Below are positions 36,915 through 52,500 of a DNA stretch of 58,226 nt, piece by piece. The notes beneath the pieces were generated by a model, which saw nothing but the letters and a program-made list of their open reading frames with translations, was not told where the DNA came from and searched no databases. The stretch comes from a virus (lineage: Duplodnaviria > Caudoviricetes). Numbering within the stretch: the stretch's first letter is position 1; every line of letters starts with the position of its first letter. Location: positions 1-58,226 of the IMG/VR virus record IMGVR_UViG_3300021364_002910. The stretch is one strand, 5' to 3'. The position numbers and the translations under genes are program-made.

Positions 36915-37529
36915 TTAAACTCCTAAAATACCTGAAAGACTTTGTACTCGAACTGTATAATCTATTTGTATTAACCTGTTTAAACTTTTTTGCACAGGAT
37001 GAAAAATTACATGCGTAAGTAGCATTCCAGTATCATTACTACTCCAACTTTTTAAACCAAGTTCATCAAAAACATATAGACTATCAGCACTAGAACTTGT
37101 ATCAAAAGCATCTTGCCCAGCAGGCTCACCGTAGTCTAATAAACATGTAACAAGCACATCTGTATAATTTGTTCCACTTACATGTCTTACTTCAGTCTTA
37201 TTTCTAAATGGATCTACATTGTTTACACTTCTATCATCTACAATTTTATCAAAAGTTTGATTATACAAACTTGCATTAGTACCTGTGCTATTAGGAGTCA
37301 AATAAGTTATAATTCCTGTTGGATCTACGCTTGTTCCGCCATTACCAAAACTCATAGAATATATAAATCCATTTCCAGAATTACTAATACTATCTGCTAA
37401 TGCTATACTCATGTTTTCGTAATGAATGGCATTTCTTTTGCTCACAAAAACTTTTTGTGTTTCAGGATCAAAAATTTTTATATGTCCTTCGATTACTGTT
37501 CCGCTTTGTTCATTAAATTTATCAATCAT
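36915..37529 (-). CDS. Putative baseplate/virion structural protein
   Basis: GHIKI.D...KRNAI...FGNGG...FDELGL...HPVQKSLNR.I.I.YTVR; position in the baseplate module. Confidence 0.65.
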   Translation of the reverse strand: MIDKFNEQSGTVIEGHIKIFDPETQKVFVSKRNAIHYENMSIALADSISNSGNGFIYSMSFGNGGTSVDPTGIITYLTPNSTGTNASLYNQTFDKIVDDRSVNNVDPFRNKTEVRHVSGTNYTDVLVTCLLDYGEPAGQDAFDTSSSADSLYVFDELGLKSWSSNDTGMLLTHVIFHPVQKSLNRLIQIDYTVRVQSLSGILGV

Positions 37530-37549
37530 AATTTATCCTACTAAGTTAT

Positions 37550-40500
37550 TTATCTTGGCAAGTCTGCCTGTGCTGATCGTATTTTTTTTGCAATATTATT
37601 ATCACTTTTACTTAACGCTACGCCAGGTTCACTCCAAATTTTACCTATCCGTCTAATAATTGTTATTTTTTGATTTATTCCTGGAATTGATGTTAAATTT
37701 AAATTATTTCCGTCTAAAGAAAATTCTGGCGGTAAAACCGTATCAGCTTCAGGCGAATCTAAACCTAACTCTGGTTTGTAAGTGGTTAATTCAGTTTTCC
37801 TTAATCTTACGCCGCCTACGTATACTTCGAATTCATTTACACTATTCGGAATAAAATCTAATATGAATGTATTATCTACACCATTTCCAACAAAACTTAT
37901 AGTTTTCGTTTCATCTTTGTACGGTATCATTGTTCCTAAACTTTGATCATAAATTTCTATTCCAGCTTTATGTGTCTGTTTAACTCCTGTTCCTAATGTA
38001 CCTCTACGCAATTGTGTTAAAATATTTCCATTTCTATTCCAATATTCTATTCGTTCTCCATCTACAACTACAATTCCAGGATATTTACTATTTCTTGTAG
38101 GAGCAGGTAGTTTATCTCCATTTACTACTTGTATTGTTTTATCATACCATTGTAAATCAACAGCTAATGTAATATTATTTTGACCATTTACAACATTATA
38201 ATGGTTTTGATTTAGAATATCATTAAATTGTTTCCATGCAAAGCTAGGTTGAAACTTGTCTCCACTAAAATGTATTGTTTGGATATTATCATTTTCTTCT
38301 AAATTTTGGTGTAAAACAACAGACATTTTATCATTGCTAATAAAATAATCTACACTGGGATCTAATAGTATACCATTTTTTGCTACCCAAACAAATTGAT
38401 CATCAATTGCTGGACTATTTAAGGGAACAATGCCATTTCTTAGTCTTCTTAATTCGTACCAATCTGATGCACCTTCATCCAAAATAACTTCACTTTGCAA
38501 TTGTTCTATTTTTATAATATCTCCGTCGTTTGCTTGCACTCCAATAGCAGATAAATCAACAAAACGAGCTCCAGTTCCATACGGAGTTAGAATCTCTGCT
38601 GTAGGGTTTGAAGCAGCTTCTGTTCCAAAATTTTCATCATCTATACGTATCCCATTTCTATAGATGGAATATTTTGCATTTGTGTTAAATTCAAAATCTA
38701 ATTCTATTATATTAGAATCAGTCTTTCTCCTTGTAACATAAGCATTGGAAACTCCTCGACCTAGGTCAGTTCTTTCAACAATGTCAAAGCTTTGCCAATC
38801 TATATTTTGTGTATTATGATTGCTAAATTGATAAACTTTAATTTTATCACCATCGTACAAAGGAACATTAATATGCAATTTTCCAGGAGTTTTAACAAAT
38901 TCTCCGTCTTCAAAATATCCATATCTATAATCTCCACCCGAATCAGTACTATCATCCCAGGCATTAATATATACTTTAAGAAGGTCTCCCGGATTTGATA
39001 ATCCTCTTTTTATAGCAATAGAGCTTCCTGTTTGTTGATCATCTCTTAAAAATTGATTTATAGTTCCTGCAGAAGTAAAATTCCATTCTTTTAAATGCTG
39101 TAATTCTCTACCATTTAAAAATATTCGCAATTGCTTAAAACTAACAGAACTTAGTGGAACTTGATACAATTTAAGATTGTATTCCAAAGAATCAGTTGTT
39201 ACAAAAGTTTCAACATATCCAGGGTTCAAAAGCTTATTATTTAAAATTACCATTGTATACCATTCTGCCGGTTCCTGTACAAATGGGACTTGAGATAGAA
39301 TAAACTGATTAGAACTTCCATCTGCTATAAAGTCATCTATAATAAGTTCACTATACGGTTTAACAGATCCAAATGATATTGCATACCTGACTATATCTCC
39401 TTGAGATAATCTATTTGCAAATTTAATTGTAACACTGTTGGTACTATCATTGAATTCGTTATCTGAATTAACAAGCACATATGAAATATTTTCACCATTT
39501 ACAGTGACTTGACTGTGTAAATCTTCTTCATATCTTGCATTTATCTTAAATGCAGATTTTTCTCCGTCTGCAATAATTGTACCTAAATCCAAAATATTAT
39601 CGCCTGAGAATCCCATTGTTATCAAATTGATTTTTGCGTTTATTGCAGGCGTTTGAACAAAAGTAACATTATTATTACTATAGCTTATGCTATAATCAAC
39701 ATCTAATTCTTGAATCACATTATTAATTTTAACAATAGTAGATTCTTTCCTTCTTGGTAATGTTCCAATATTATAACTTTTCTGTGTTCCGTTTCCTCTA
39801 TAATTCCTTGATACAATATTGCTAGTTCCTACTGTTGGTCTTTCATAAACCGTTATATTCACAGCATCCTGCACTAAACCAGGAATTTGTTCATCTGTTC
39901 CTTTTGAATTAGTTGGGGTTACAAAATTATCTCCATCTACAATAATTTCTTCAGCTGCAATACCTTGAGCATTACTGTAATTAATATTACCCCCTAACAA
40001 TAAAGCATCATAATCTAAATCTGTAGGCAAATAACTTCCATCGCTAGACGATTTTCTAATTACAAATACATCACCTGTCTCTACTTCTATTGCGTAATCT
40101 TTTAATGATAAAGTATTAGATATACCGTCACCTATGATAGTTTTCATTAGCGCACTTGGATTTGTAACTAAATTATTATCGCCAAAATTTTCATCGTCTA
40201 TCCTAACATTATTTTTATAAACATTATATGAAATACCTTGTTCAAAAACACCAGGTAACACAATTTGTAAATCTTCTAAAATTTGTTCTGTAAACAGATC
40301 ACTAATGTCATTGTCTGACAAATTGTCAAAAATTGGCAAAATTTGTGTATGAATATTGTTTATTACTGTCGGATTTGATGTTTCTCCTAACGAAAATTCT
40401 TGTATTGCATTTGCACTATTAAATGTAAGCCTAGATGTAATAATTACATTTAAATCTTCGTCTATATATTCTATAATTTCATCTAATACATTTAAAATAG

Positions 40501-43500
40501 ATACGCCATCTAAAGGATCTACTAAATTATTTCCTAAAGCATCAACATTGAAAATTTCAAAAAATCTAGTAGGAATATTAGGACTATCTCCGTTTACGAT
40601 TGCATTTACTGCTTTTGCAAAATTTACAAAATTTATTTGCGCTTTATATTGGTATCCTGATGCTTGTATAAACAATAAATCACGTGGTATAATGTAAGTA
40701 ACATCTTCATATGCAGTGTCATACGTGTCATACTCGCTTGTTAAAAAGCCACTAGTATCCCATCCACTTTTGTTTCCAAAATCAAAGCTTTTTACTTCAA
40801 CTCCGCTGTAATCTACTCCTTCCATTAATTGTGCTAAATCATTTCCAAATTGTCCAACATTAGGCAAATAAAATAACTGAATCCTGTCTTGAGCAGTTAA
40901 TAAACTTTGATTTTTTTCGTAATTAATAATGACATTAGCAAAATTTTCTGCAGGTAAAGTTAAAATTACTCTTCCAAAATATCTATCATAACCTTTGCTT
41001 GAATCTAAAACATTTTCATATGTATACTCAGAAAATAATAAAATATTACTGTTTATTGAAACTTGTATTTTTCTTCTATCATATGTAATAGGCCAGGTTA
41101 AATCAAACACATATTTAGATCCTGATCCAACAAACTGTTCTTCTGTTGCTAATACAGATATAACAGATTCGCTTGTTATTCTATCTATTTTTATTGCTGT
41201 TTTTAAACTTCTACTTTTACTATTACCTACTATTACACTTAACCTTGCATCATACCCATCTTCATTTAAAGATCCATTAATAAAAATGTTTGGCGTAGAG
41301 ATATAACCTTTTCCACCATTTGTAACATTTACCGAAACAATACTGCCATCATCTCCAATTTGACAAATAGCACTTGCACCCGATCCACCTCCTCCTTCAA
41401 ATTTTAAGACTGGAGGCCAGGTATAACCTTTTCCGCCATCTGCTATCTCTACACCAATTATTTCATAACTAAAATTATCTAACCAAAATTTATAAGGATA
41501 TTCTTGTAAATTTTCTTCTCCAATTAATTGATCTCCTAAAGCTATAACTTGTTGCGGTAATATTTTGTTATATATTGTATTATAACTAGGAGGCAAATCA
41601 AAATCACTTGTTAAAGATCTAGATTCTTCAATTTTTTCGTAAGCACTTAAATATTCTCTAATTTTAACTTTGAAAGGTTTCACTTCTTTTACATAAGCTT
41701 CGTAACTAGGCAAATTATCATTGTTAAATGTTACATCTTGCCGTAAAGTACCTACATTGTGTTTTATCTTAAGAAAATTAGTTTTAAATACCCAATCAAT
41801 ATTTTTTTGCTCCTGCAAAACATATTTTAATGTGCTTATAAACAATTGATTATATTCATAGGCTAGATCTCCTGTAAATATATCATTCTTAATCGCATTG
41901 GCAATAATCCTTATTTCTTCACTAGGTATACTATCATAAAAATTACTATCATAACTTATAAGATCAAAATTTACAAAAGCTGCATATGGATCATATAAAT
42001 TTGGTAAGAAATATATTGTGCCATTTTGCCTACCAATTGTTTTATAATTAATAGTGTAATCTACGTTTTCTAAATTATTAATTTTTTCTAATAATAACCA
42101 CCCACTGTTACCAATATTTTGTATTTTTACTATTTCTCCTATGCTATCATTAATATCAAAAATTTGGTATGAATAATCTACAATATGATCGATCTTAGTA
42201 TTAACGTTATAACCTTCCATATACCAATCAATAAAATCCCAGTAAAGAGAGCAATTAAAGCCTTGACTTTGTATTCTAGACCAAGAATTAGCTGTGTAAT
42301 CTCTTTCATATAATGACCATTTACCAAATATTGTTTCATCTGATAACACAAGGGCAGTAAATTTCCTAATTATTACATACGAAGACTTATTATAATTTTT
42401 ACCTGGATTAAGTATTACTACACTAGATATACTTCCAGTTGAAGAAAGTACAAATTCTAATTCAAGTCCTGTACCTTTTCCTATAACAGTATAAGTTGGT
42501 GTTTTTAGATAACCTCTGCCAGGATTTATAACAACAACACCTGTAACTTTACCGTTTTCAATTTCTAAAACAATTTCTGCTTGTGCGGCTTTTGCTATGC
42601 CATAATTGTCAAGTTCAACTTTATTATCAACTACTAAATCATAATAATTAAGAATTTCAGAAGGATAGTTATCTTGGGAATATAATGCGTCAAGGTTTTT
42701 GTTTCCTACAATTAATTGTTTTAACAATACTCTATTAACACGCTCTATGTATTGTTTTAACGCTTCTTGTTTATTAACAAACCAACCTTGTCGTGGTTCA
42801 TTTAAATTTCCATATTTGTATTTTTCACTTAAACTAGGATCTGGTACTGTCCTACCATAGGCATCGTAACCTACTAAACTATCGACCCATTTAGTCTCAA
42901 TCGCCGATGTAGGTAAACTTGTTTCAAGACCATCAGTTATAATCTTATATTGATAATGAACATTATTAACTTCGCTATTATCATCATTATAATACTGTAT
43001 TGAAATTACAGTATCATCATTTTTAAGATATTTTTCACAATTAAACAAAGAAAATTCATTTTCATTTATAAATGCTACAAACGGATAGCCTTCATTTCTT
43101 GGATCTCTAATTAAGTTTGAAACTTTTAATGAATTTAAATTTCTGTTATCTAAATTTGGTATGCTCGTAATACCTTTTACCCAATAATAATAAACAGTAG
43201 ATAATTTTCCTGTAAAACTATTATACACTTTTTTCTTCACATATGCATTATCGCCATATTTTGACAACCCTGTTATACCTTGACTAAATCCTTCACTAGT
43301 TGACGACAAAGCATCCCATTGACTAGGTAACAAATCTGAAGCTACCCATTCATAAACATCTACACTGCTAGTTGGCCATAACTTTGTCCAGACGTTAGTT
43401 GAAAAGCTAATATCACTTTGATAAGGATAGTAATATTTTATTTTACTAATATCCCACCAAAGTTTTCCTACATTTTCTTTTCCCCATGCTGAATTTTCGT

Positions 43501-46500
43501 TTACTATTACTTCTACACTGCTTGATCCAACTGTGTATATTGCAGGATCATACTTTAATTTATATGACAAATTTTGTTCTGCTATTCCTGCAATTTTTCC
43601 TTGTAATGGATCTATGTAATCTAAATTTTCTATAAGATTTTTTGATTTTTTATCATACAGAAATACTTTTTTAATTTTATTTAGATCAACAACATTTTTA
43701 TTTTCTCTTTCTACATTCCATAATGGAGTATTTCCTTTTCCATATTCTACAATTTGACCATAATCCATATAACTAGGAATGCCCATATATATATTATTTT
43801 TCTTTAATCTAAGTATCATATTGTTATGTAATTTTTTACCAAGCTCTGTATAGGCTATTTTATGTCTATATATAAAATACCCATCTAGCAAATGGAAAAT
43901 GTTTACAGACCCTACATTTTCGTTAGTAAATTTAAATGTAGTAAAATTTTCGTCAAATATGGTATCTGATTTATCAAATGTAGTTTTAGTTGTAGTTTCT
44001 CCATTTTTAGATGTTACAACTAAAATATTGTCATCGATTAATACTTTCTCGCCAAACATCCCTAATGGATGAGCAAATGGAGATTCTAAAATAGCCTTTA
44101 ATTCAAAATTTCCGTTGATTTGGTTATAAATGTAAACTACTCCTTCCTCTTTATTTTGTATTGTTTCTTTAGGACTACCAACAACCAAAATTGTTCCGTC
44201 GTTATTCAAACTAATACTTTTACCAAAATCTATATTTGGTTTGGGAGCATTTATATTTTGCATCCAACGATAAAACCCATCTTGTTTTCTATATATAGCA
44301 ATTGCATCAAAACTGTCATAATACACTTTAATTGCTATTACCTCTCCATCATTACTAGTAGTAAATGTAGTTGCAAAATCATATAAATTTTCATTAGGCA
44401 ATGTGCTTATTTCTGCAGAATCAGAAATCATACTTAAATTATTTGAATTAGGCAAAATACCAGTATAATCAATTAATTCAGTCACTGGCGACCATAACTC
44501 TTGATTCCAGGATCCTGGAATTATACTTGTTCTTGCCACCCAGAATGTATGTGCTAGATCATAAAAATAAACTATATTTCCTGTAAAGTAGTATGATTGA
44601 TCATTAAATAACCCTTTATATTGTTTACTCTTTGCTAAATTCCAATAATATTCACCATCTTCTGTATACTTTAATAAATGTAAATTACCCGGATAACTTA
44701 TATCATTGTCACTGTCTGCAGAAACAACATAACCTCTGTATTCATTTTGCAATTTTAAACATTTTACTTGTATACCAAATCGGTGATTGTCTTTCCGCAA
44801 TGTGGACAACATTTGTTTTATTTGTACAAAATTTGTTCCAAATCTTTCATAAATGTAAACGCTACCTTCTTTAGAGTACTCGCTCGGCGAACCACCTATA
44901 TTGTCTATAGGTAAATCGTTAACTTCTTGCCAAACCCTACTTACACTAGACGGAATTTCTGCAATTCGAGGCAATCCTTCTACTATTTCTTTCTTGTAAA
45001 CGATATATTCCTGTCCAACTAATTCGTTTATTTGTATACCAGTTTCTTGATCAACAATTATAGGTAAAGTTAAAGAATGTTTAAAGACTGCAAGTTTTCC
45101 TATATCGCCATATCCTATTGATGTAGTGTTAGTGATTCCAATTTCTCTTACCACTGTATATATATTAGGCCTGCCAAACAAATCTATTCCACCGGCATAG
45201 GGTAACATTTCTATTTGTGATTCTTGTGTTTCACCATCAACAATAAAATTCAATCCTTGCGACCAATTTCCTAAAACATTATCTACGTATATAGTTAAAT
45301 TAGTCGGTGTGTTCCGTTGCACATACATAACTTCTGCAGTATTTAATGTACCTTTTTCACGTATAATTTGACCAGTCCTACCTGGATCTGTTTTTAATAA
45401 TGTAGGTGATAGAGGATCTTCATAATATTTTCCAATTGGCACATAAGGATAACCTTCGTCGCTGTATCTGTTTTCTGAGTAATTTATATATCCGTCCCAT
45501 AAGTTCCAAATTTCTGTTCCATTATTATTGTCGTTAATTGCAGATTGAGATTCAAAACCTATTTTTTCTATAGAAGTGTAAATATCTTGAATTATTCCTA
45601 CCGGCCGAGCAAATATTTCTCCGCTAATTGAGCCGAATATTTCATCAACAAAATTAAAAGCAGCACCATCATAATTCGCACTGTAAAATTGTATTTCAAT
45701 TATGTAAATTGGTCTTGTTGGATCAATATTATTTTCTTCTATTACAACAGATGAACTGTAAACTGTTGCAGTTGCATCTGTATTTCTTTGTTTGATAATT
45801 TCTCCTGCAACAACTTCCGGAGGCAATACAAATCTTGTATTTCTTACCCTTAATTTAGAAACTGTCTTTTTTAATTGATTAGTATAAAGAGATACTTCAG
45901 TTCCAGCAACTAAGTTATCACTTGCAATTTTAGGCAATCGTAAAGCATAATAAGACATAGATCTATATACTTCTGCAGTAGCATCTAAATTTAAACCATT
46001 ATAACTAAATGCTCTAATTAAGCTAGGTACAGTATCATTTTCTGAAATTGTATAATCTAATATATTATAATAAAACATATTTGAAACAGAGCTATCTGTT
46101 ATAACTTCCTGAATAACTAAGCCTGCACCAAAATCTGTTGTATTATACGGTAAATAGTATGGTTCAATTTGAATCATTAGCATACCATCAAAATAAGTAT
46201 CAACAGGCGATACTATAGTATAATCTCCTACCAAAATTTCGCTTATATAAAGATCTGCTGTTTCTTGTAATTCTCCTTTGACATTATTAATATAAATTAT
46301 GTAATTATTAACTGCACTATCTTCTCTATAAATGTAAACAATTTGTCCTACAGCGGTTGCAGTTAAAACAGTATCTCCTAATTTAGGAGTAACTTGTGCA
46401 TTATTAATTGTGATTATATGCTCTACTTTGTTTTGAATGACATGTTTTCGCGTTAAAACATCACTCATTTTTAAATTAGGATCATTTACAAATCTTATAT

Positions 46501-49500
46501 TTCCATCAAACGGTTCGGTTTCTATTAAATTTAGTTGCGTTTGATTAGCATTTGTAAATTTATTCCATTTGAGTATAATTTCATCGTTTTCTGCAACTCC
46601 ATTATACAATTCTAAACCAACTCTTAGCAAAATATGATCAGTAGTAATTGACGCACTACCTGTTCTTACAAGAGTAGGATAATCACCTGTAAGCATCCTA
46701 GGTATCAAATTTGCATTTTCATCATTTAGATTATTTTGTAACAAAAATTCTGACGGGTTGAAAAAAGCTTCAAATATCTGTGCATCAGCTGCAGGTAGTA
46801 TTGTTATTAATGCTTGGTAGTACAATCCATTATATTTTACAATGTCTCCAGCAGTATATTGATTATTTTCACTAAAATCTCCTTGAATTTTTGTTTTTAG
46901 ATTAGAACTATTTGGTGCTCCTACAAACAAAAATCTACCATCATCTGTAATATCTATGCTATAACCAAATTTAGAATTTATATCTGTATCATGGGGTTCT
47001 AATATTTTTAAAATTTTCCATTCTTTATCTATCGAAGCTCTGCTATAAACATAAACTTTTCCGTTGCCATCGTCAGGCGATCCAACTGCCAAGTATGTGT
47101 TCCTGCTATCTACTGCAAAACTCTGCCCATAATTTGTATCAAGAGCAGTAGGATTTAGTATTTGATATTTTTTATTAAATAAAGATCCAGTTTTCATTAC
47201 TTTCCAATTATTTTCTTCATCTCCATCTAACCATATCGTAGCGTTTTCGTCTGGATCTTTATCAACAATTATTTTCAAATCTTGAACATCATTTGCTCTT
47301 GCCTTTACAAAATATGTTAATGTTCCTTTACATTCTAATAAATCTATATTTTGTAGTGTAGAAAACAACGCAGGTTCTGCTATACAGAAAATTTTATTTT
47401 GAATTATTCTAGATACTACAAAAAATCCTTTAACATCATTTATATTATTAAACACTGTTTGAACGCTAGAATCTCCCTCTTGTGACTGTAATAGGATAAC
47501 ATCTTTTATACCAATTATGTCATTTACTTGGATTGTATTGTCAATTTTATCTAACTTTACAAAAAATTCTTGAGCATTCTCTCCTATATCAATTGAAACA
47601 ATCTTAGAGAAATAATTTTTATATCTAAAAACGTTCCAACTTTTGTTAACATCTCCTACCCATACATAATCATTATAATTATAATTTTCTATATCTTGGG
47701 TAAGTATATCATCAAACTTTGTAATAATTTTTTCTACTTCTGTAGGAATAACATTACCTGCAGTAGGAAAATAATTTATTAATTGTTCTTTTATTGGAAA
47801 AGGTTTATGAGTATAATTATTTGGCTTGACGTAAGTTTCGTAACTTTTTATTCTATATATTAAGTCAGTTTCATTGGCTGCTATACTATCAGTTAATAAA
47901 ATAGGTTGTGGATTTAACTTAAAAACTTTATCTTCTAATACATAATCAACTTCGTCAAATGCTGTTACTCCGCCGTAAACACCTGTTCTTACTGCCCATT
48001 CTTCATAAAATTCTAAGCTATCTTTTTCTGCGCTTGCTAATACATCAAATAATTTTGTAAGTGAATTTTTTGTACCTTTTTCCTGAATATATCCTTGATA
48101 AAATTTGTATTGGCTTACATCATTATTAATGATATTTTCTAAAAAGTTTCTCTTTTGATATCCTATTAAATGCTGCGCTAATTTTTGTTGCTCTATGTCT
48201 AAATTATCACTGTCTAAATCATAAAAATCTTTAAATTGTTCTGCCTTATAATCAAAATTAGGATACAAATTTATTTCTGGAGCTTTATCTAATTGCCTCC
48301 ATTCTTTGTAATCAAAAAATTCTTTACCATTTATTTTATTCGTAGCTATATAATAAAATTCTTTATATTTAATTAAATCTCCAGCAGTATAATCTTCCCA
48401 TTGCATCCATTCTTTTGCTACAGCATCATCGTAAAAAAATCCAGGAATATTTAATCCTCCTGCCCAATTTGCAGTTCTATATCCTAAAACTTTTATCCGC
48501 TCTTGCCTATATCCAGGAGTTTTGTCAAAAATTGTATCATTAAACACTGTTTCATCGTCAATTAAAACAACGTGTTCTTTAGTAATCAGTGGTAATCTTA
48601 TTAAATATATCCCTGCATCAACGTTTGCTGGCTGCACACTAAAATTATTGCTATTATCTCTAAAGAATCTTAAGTTATTCTTATTGATTATAGTTCCGTC
48701 TGCTTGTAATATACTATACCCTTGTGACGAATTTAATGTATCGCCAACAATTGCAAAAGGATTTGTATAGTTTATTTTTTCAGCTCCGGGACTTAAAGTT
48801 AAAATTGCGCCAGCTTTCCAACTCTGCGTTACCCAAAAACAAAATTGTTTTGCAGAAAATAACCAATCTGCTACTTCATATTGGTTTTCAACAAATCTAT
48901 CAAAAGTAAAACCAATGCTTTCTAAATATTGTCCATAACCTAATAAAAAATCTACAACATTTTGATAATTTTTAAATAAAGTACCATAATCTAAATAACT
49001 AATAACTTTTTCAAACGTTACTCTATTTTTTAAATCAACACCCCCTGTTAATGGCAAGCTAGGAAGCGAGACAAATTTACTATTATCAAACGAGTTTTCA
49101 CTTACATGCGTTACTTTAGTCCTATAAAATTTATCTACTACTCTTACAATAGAATCTTGACTATATGTTTTATTAGCTTCCCACGTTAAGAAAGATTCGC
49201 TTACACCTCCTATATTAATAACTGTGTCGGAATCTTTAGGTATTGCTTTATAATATGGAAATTTGTTTAATAATCTATCATAACCTCTAACGTAAAAACC
49301 TTCTGGTTGTTTTTCTATTATTACACCACTATAAATAATTTCTTCAATATTAAAACTTGAGTTTAGGAAGATTTGATAATTTTCTTCAGGAATAAACACA
49401 TTACCCTGATTTAGCGGTGTCCTACTATCTAAAATTAATTTAAATTTAGATTTGTCTGTGAACCCGCCTACTTTAAAACTTAACTGATTGTTAATTTTTG

Positions 49501-52500
49501 CAACATTTTCTTTGTATTCTTTATAAAAATTTAAAAAAGCAGTATTTTGATATTCTACTATGTAATTTAATAATCCTGCGGTAATAACATCCTCTGTATC
49601 ATTAAACGTGCTAGGAAAAACTAATCTATTAATTTGTATATGATTGTTAGTATCTTTATAAATTATTTGTCCAGAATTACTCCTAATTTGCCTTATCCTA
49701 TCAAATCCAGTTGCAAAACTATACGCAGGCTTGTTAACAACAATTGCTGCAATCAAACTAAACCTATAGAGACTTGTTTTTTTCCAAGCACTTTCAACAG
49801 GTCCCCCATCACCAAATTTAAAACTGTCTTCTATATAATTTGGATTATACACAGATACAGCATTACTAAACGTAGGACTTAATAATTCTCCATGATCATC
49901 CACGGGTATCATTTTGTTTAAATAAGGCCTAACATATTTTTTATCAATTTTAAAATTAGGTTGTCGTATAATTCCATTTTCTAAATCTGACCATAAATGT
50001 AAATTGTTTTTTGTGTAAGGTCCTTTTCCATATTCATCATCCCACCAATTAGGTTTTACGCTAAATCCTAGCATTTCCCAAGGATGAGTGTGCGGTCTAT
50101 CGGTATCATACAAATATTTGTATATTTCTCTCCACCAACCTGGAGATTTTGAACCATCAGTTAATATACTTTTAGAAAAATTATATGTAAAAGAATTTAA
50201 TCTATCAAAATATCTATGCGGTGCATATTCGACATTTACAAACGTGGTCCAATCGATAAAATCTTTAATTAACACATTGTTTAAAAATTCTATAGGAGTA
50301 TCTGTTTTCCTATATGCACCACTTATAATATCATGAATATTAAAAAGACTATTATCATACTCAACTTTTAAATTATTATAAATTCTTTTTTCTAATTCTA
50401 AAATTAAATTATCTCTATAGTCCTTAAATACCGGTTGCAAACTGCCGTCATGTCCTTGAATAACAGCTTGTCCTTGCAACCATTCATCATAAATTGTTGT
50501 ATCTTGAGCTGCAATATTCCTATCATTAATTGGCATATAAAAAACTGTTTCTAGACCGTTAAATTTGTGTATAGTAAATTCTCCAGTACCTCCCAAACTA
50601 ATATCGTAATCTCTTGCTTCTTCGTATGTTTTAAACAATGGATAAAACCATCCTAATTTGTTATCGGAAATCGGCTCAAGTACTTCTAATCCATAAATTT
50701 TAAATGGTCCATTATCTATAGATGGTGTCACTTGGGTAGTAGTATCAATATAGAACTCTGGTTCATATTTAGGAAATAGTCCTAATTTTGTCGGAGTAGG
50801 AGGAATAAAGTTTGCCTTAGTACTTTCAAATTCATATATGTCAATTACATCATCTACATTTTTAAAACCAAAAATTCTTACAAATCCTTCGTCATTAAAA
50901 TCATAATCTTTTTTGTAAATCAACTGCTTATTGTTTCTGTAAACATTTACAGCTCTATAACTAGGTGTATTAATATCAAAAACTTTACTTAAAGCAAAAT
51001 ACTGTTCATCTGTATCAATAATTTTATAAGAATTTGTAAGTTGACCTCCATTTGGAACCATATCAGAAAAATAAAATGGCATAGATTCGTTCGCATCTTT
51101 GTTTATTTCTGATATTATTCTATCTACATGCTGTTTATCATATCCGGAAAACCCACTATTTGTAGCATAATCTATAAACTTCCGTTTAAACTTACTATAT
51201 TCTTTACCAGCAAACGAAATTGAATTTTGTATATTTGCCTTTTCATCTAATAAATGATAACTATATAGATTATATAAAGAAGAATGTTTCAAAAACTTTT
51301 TACCAAAACTGGATACATTTCCTACATCTCTTAAATTACTGTTTCCTGGAAATGATCCTATTATATCAGATGTTTCTTCTACAATTGTAAAGACATGATC
51401 TAAAACTTCTCCAAACGTAAATTCATTCAAATTTTCATTTAAAGGATTTTTTTCTAAACTAGCAGGAATTTCATAAAATCCTTTTTCATTTTTTTCTTTT
51501 TTTGACCGAGTTTTTATTGTTATTGAAGAGTTTTTTTCAATTGTATCAAAAAACTCTATATAATGTTTGCCATTTACATCCATAATTAATTTATAATGAA
51601 TATCTACCTTTTTAAGCTGATTTTCTACATAAACTCTTAACCATAAATCATTTATAAATGTATTATCATCATACATATCCAAAGCAAAAACTTTTTCTAA
51701 ACCATTACTAACATATAATCTAATTACAGTTTGTTTACCTTTTCCTGCTGCTGTCCAACCATTTATATTACTATATGTTTCTCTATCGATATATTTCCGT
51801 AAAAAAGCTATATCAGTTTTATATTGCGTTACTGTATTATCTAAATTGTAAGTAAATATATCGTTTAACAAATTAAATTCAAATATTATATCTCCACTAT
51901 TAATAATATTTTTGTACTCTAATGCAAATCCTAATTCGTCATCAACAATACCCTCACCTATTTTATATGAGAAAATTTTAGTACCATTAAATTGACTAAA
52001 GGAATATGTATTATTATCTTTTAACCATATATCGTTATTATCAAACATGTCAAAAAGTGGAGGCTGATTGACATTTACTTTATCTTGTGCTATTACCCAA
52101 TCTATTCCATTATAAAATAAATATTTTCCTTTATAAACATTACCGTTAGTTACTAAAACATTTTGATTTATTAACGGCAATGAATCTTCTTCTTCAACTA
52201 AGCTTATTTGCCGAGTATTTTGGAATGTAATAAATTTAACCTTAAATATGCGTCCATTTACTAAAACATCCGGATCTGCTAAAAATAAGATACGCATACC
52301 TTCTGTCAAATCAACCCCATCTATATTATATCCTATACTGCCTTCTATAATGCTAAATGCATCCTTTGTAAAATTATCTACTAAATCAACATTATCTTTT
52401 ATTTCTGTACCAAAGTTATACAATTTAATATTTGATTCAAATTCTATAATAGGTCTACTTGCCCGCAAGTTTACATCTATAGACGAATTTTGTCCATTTA

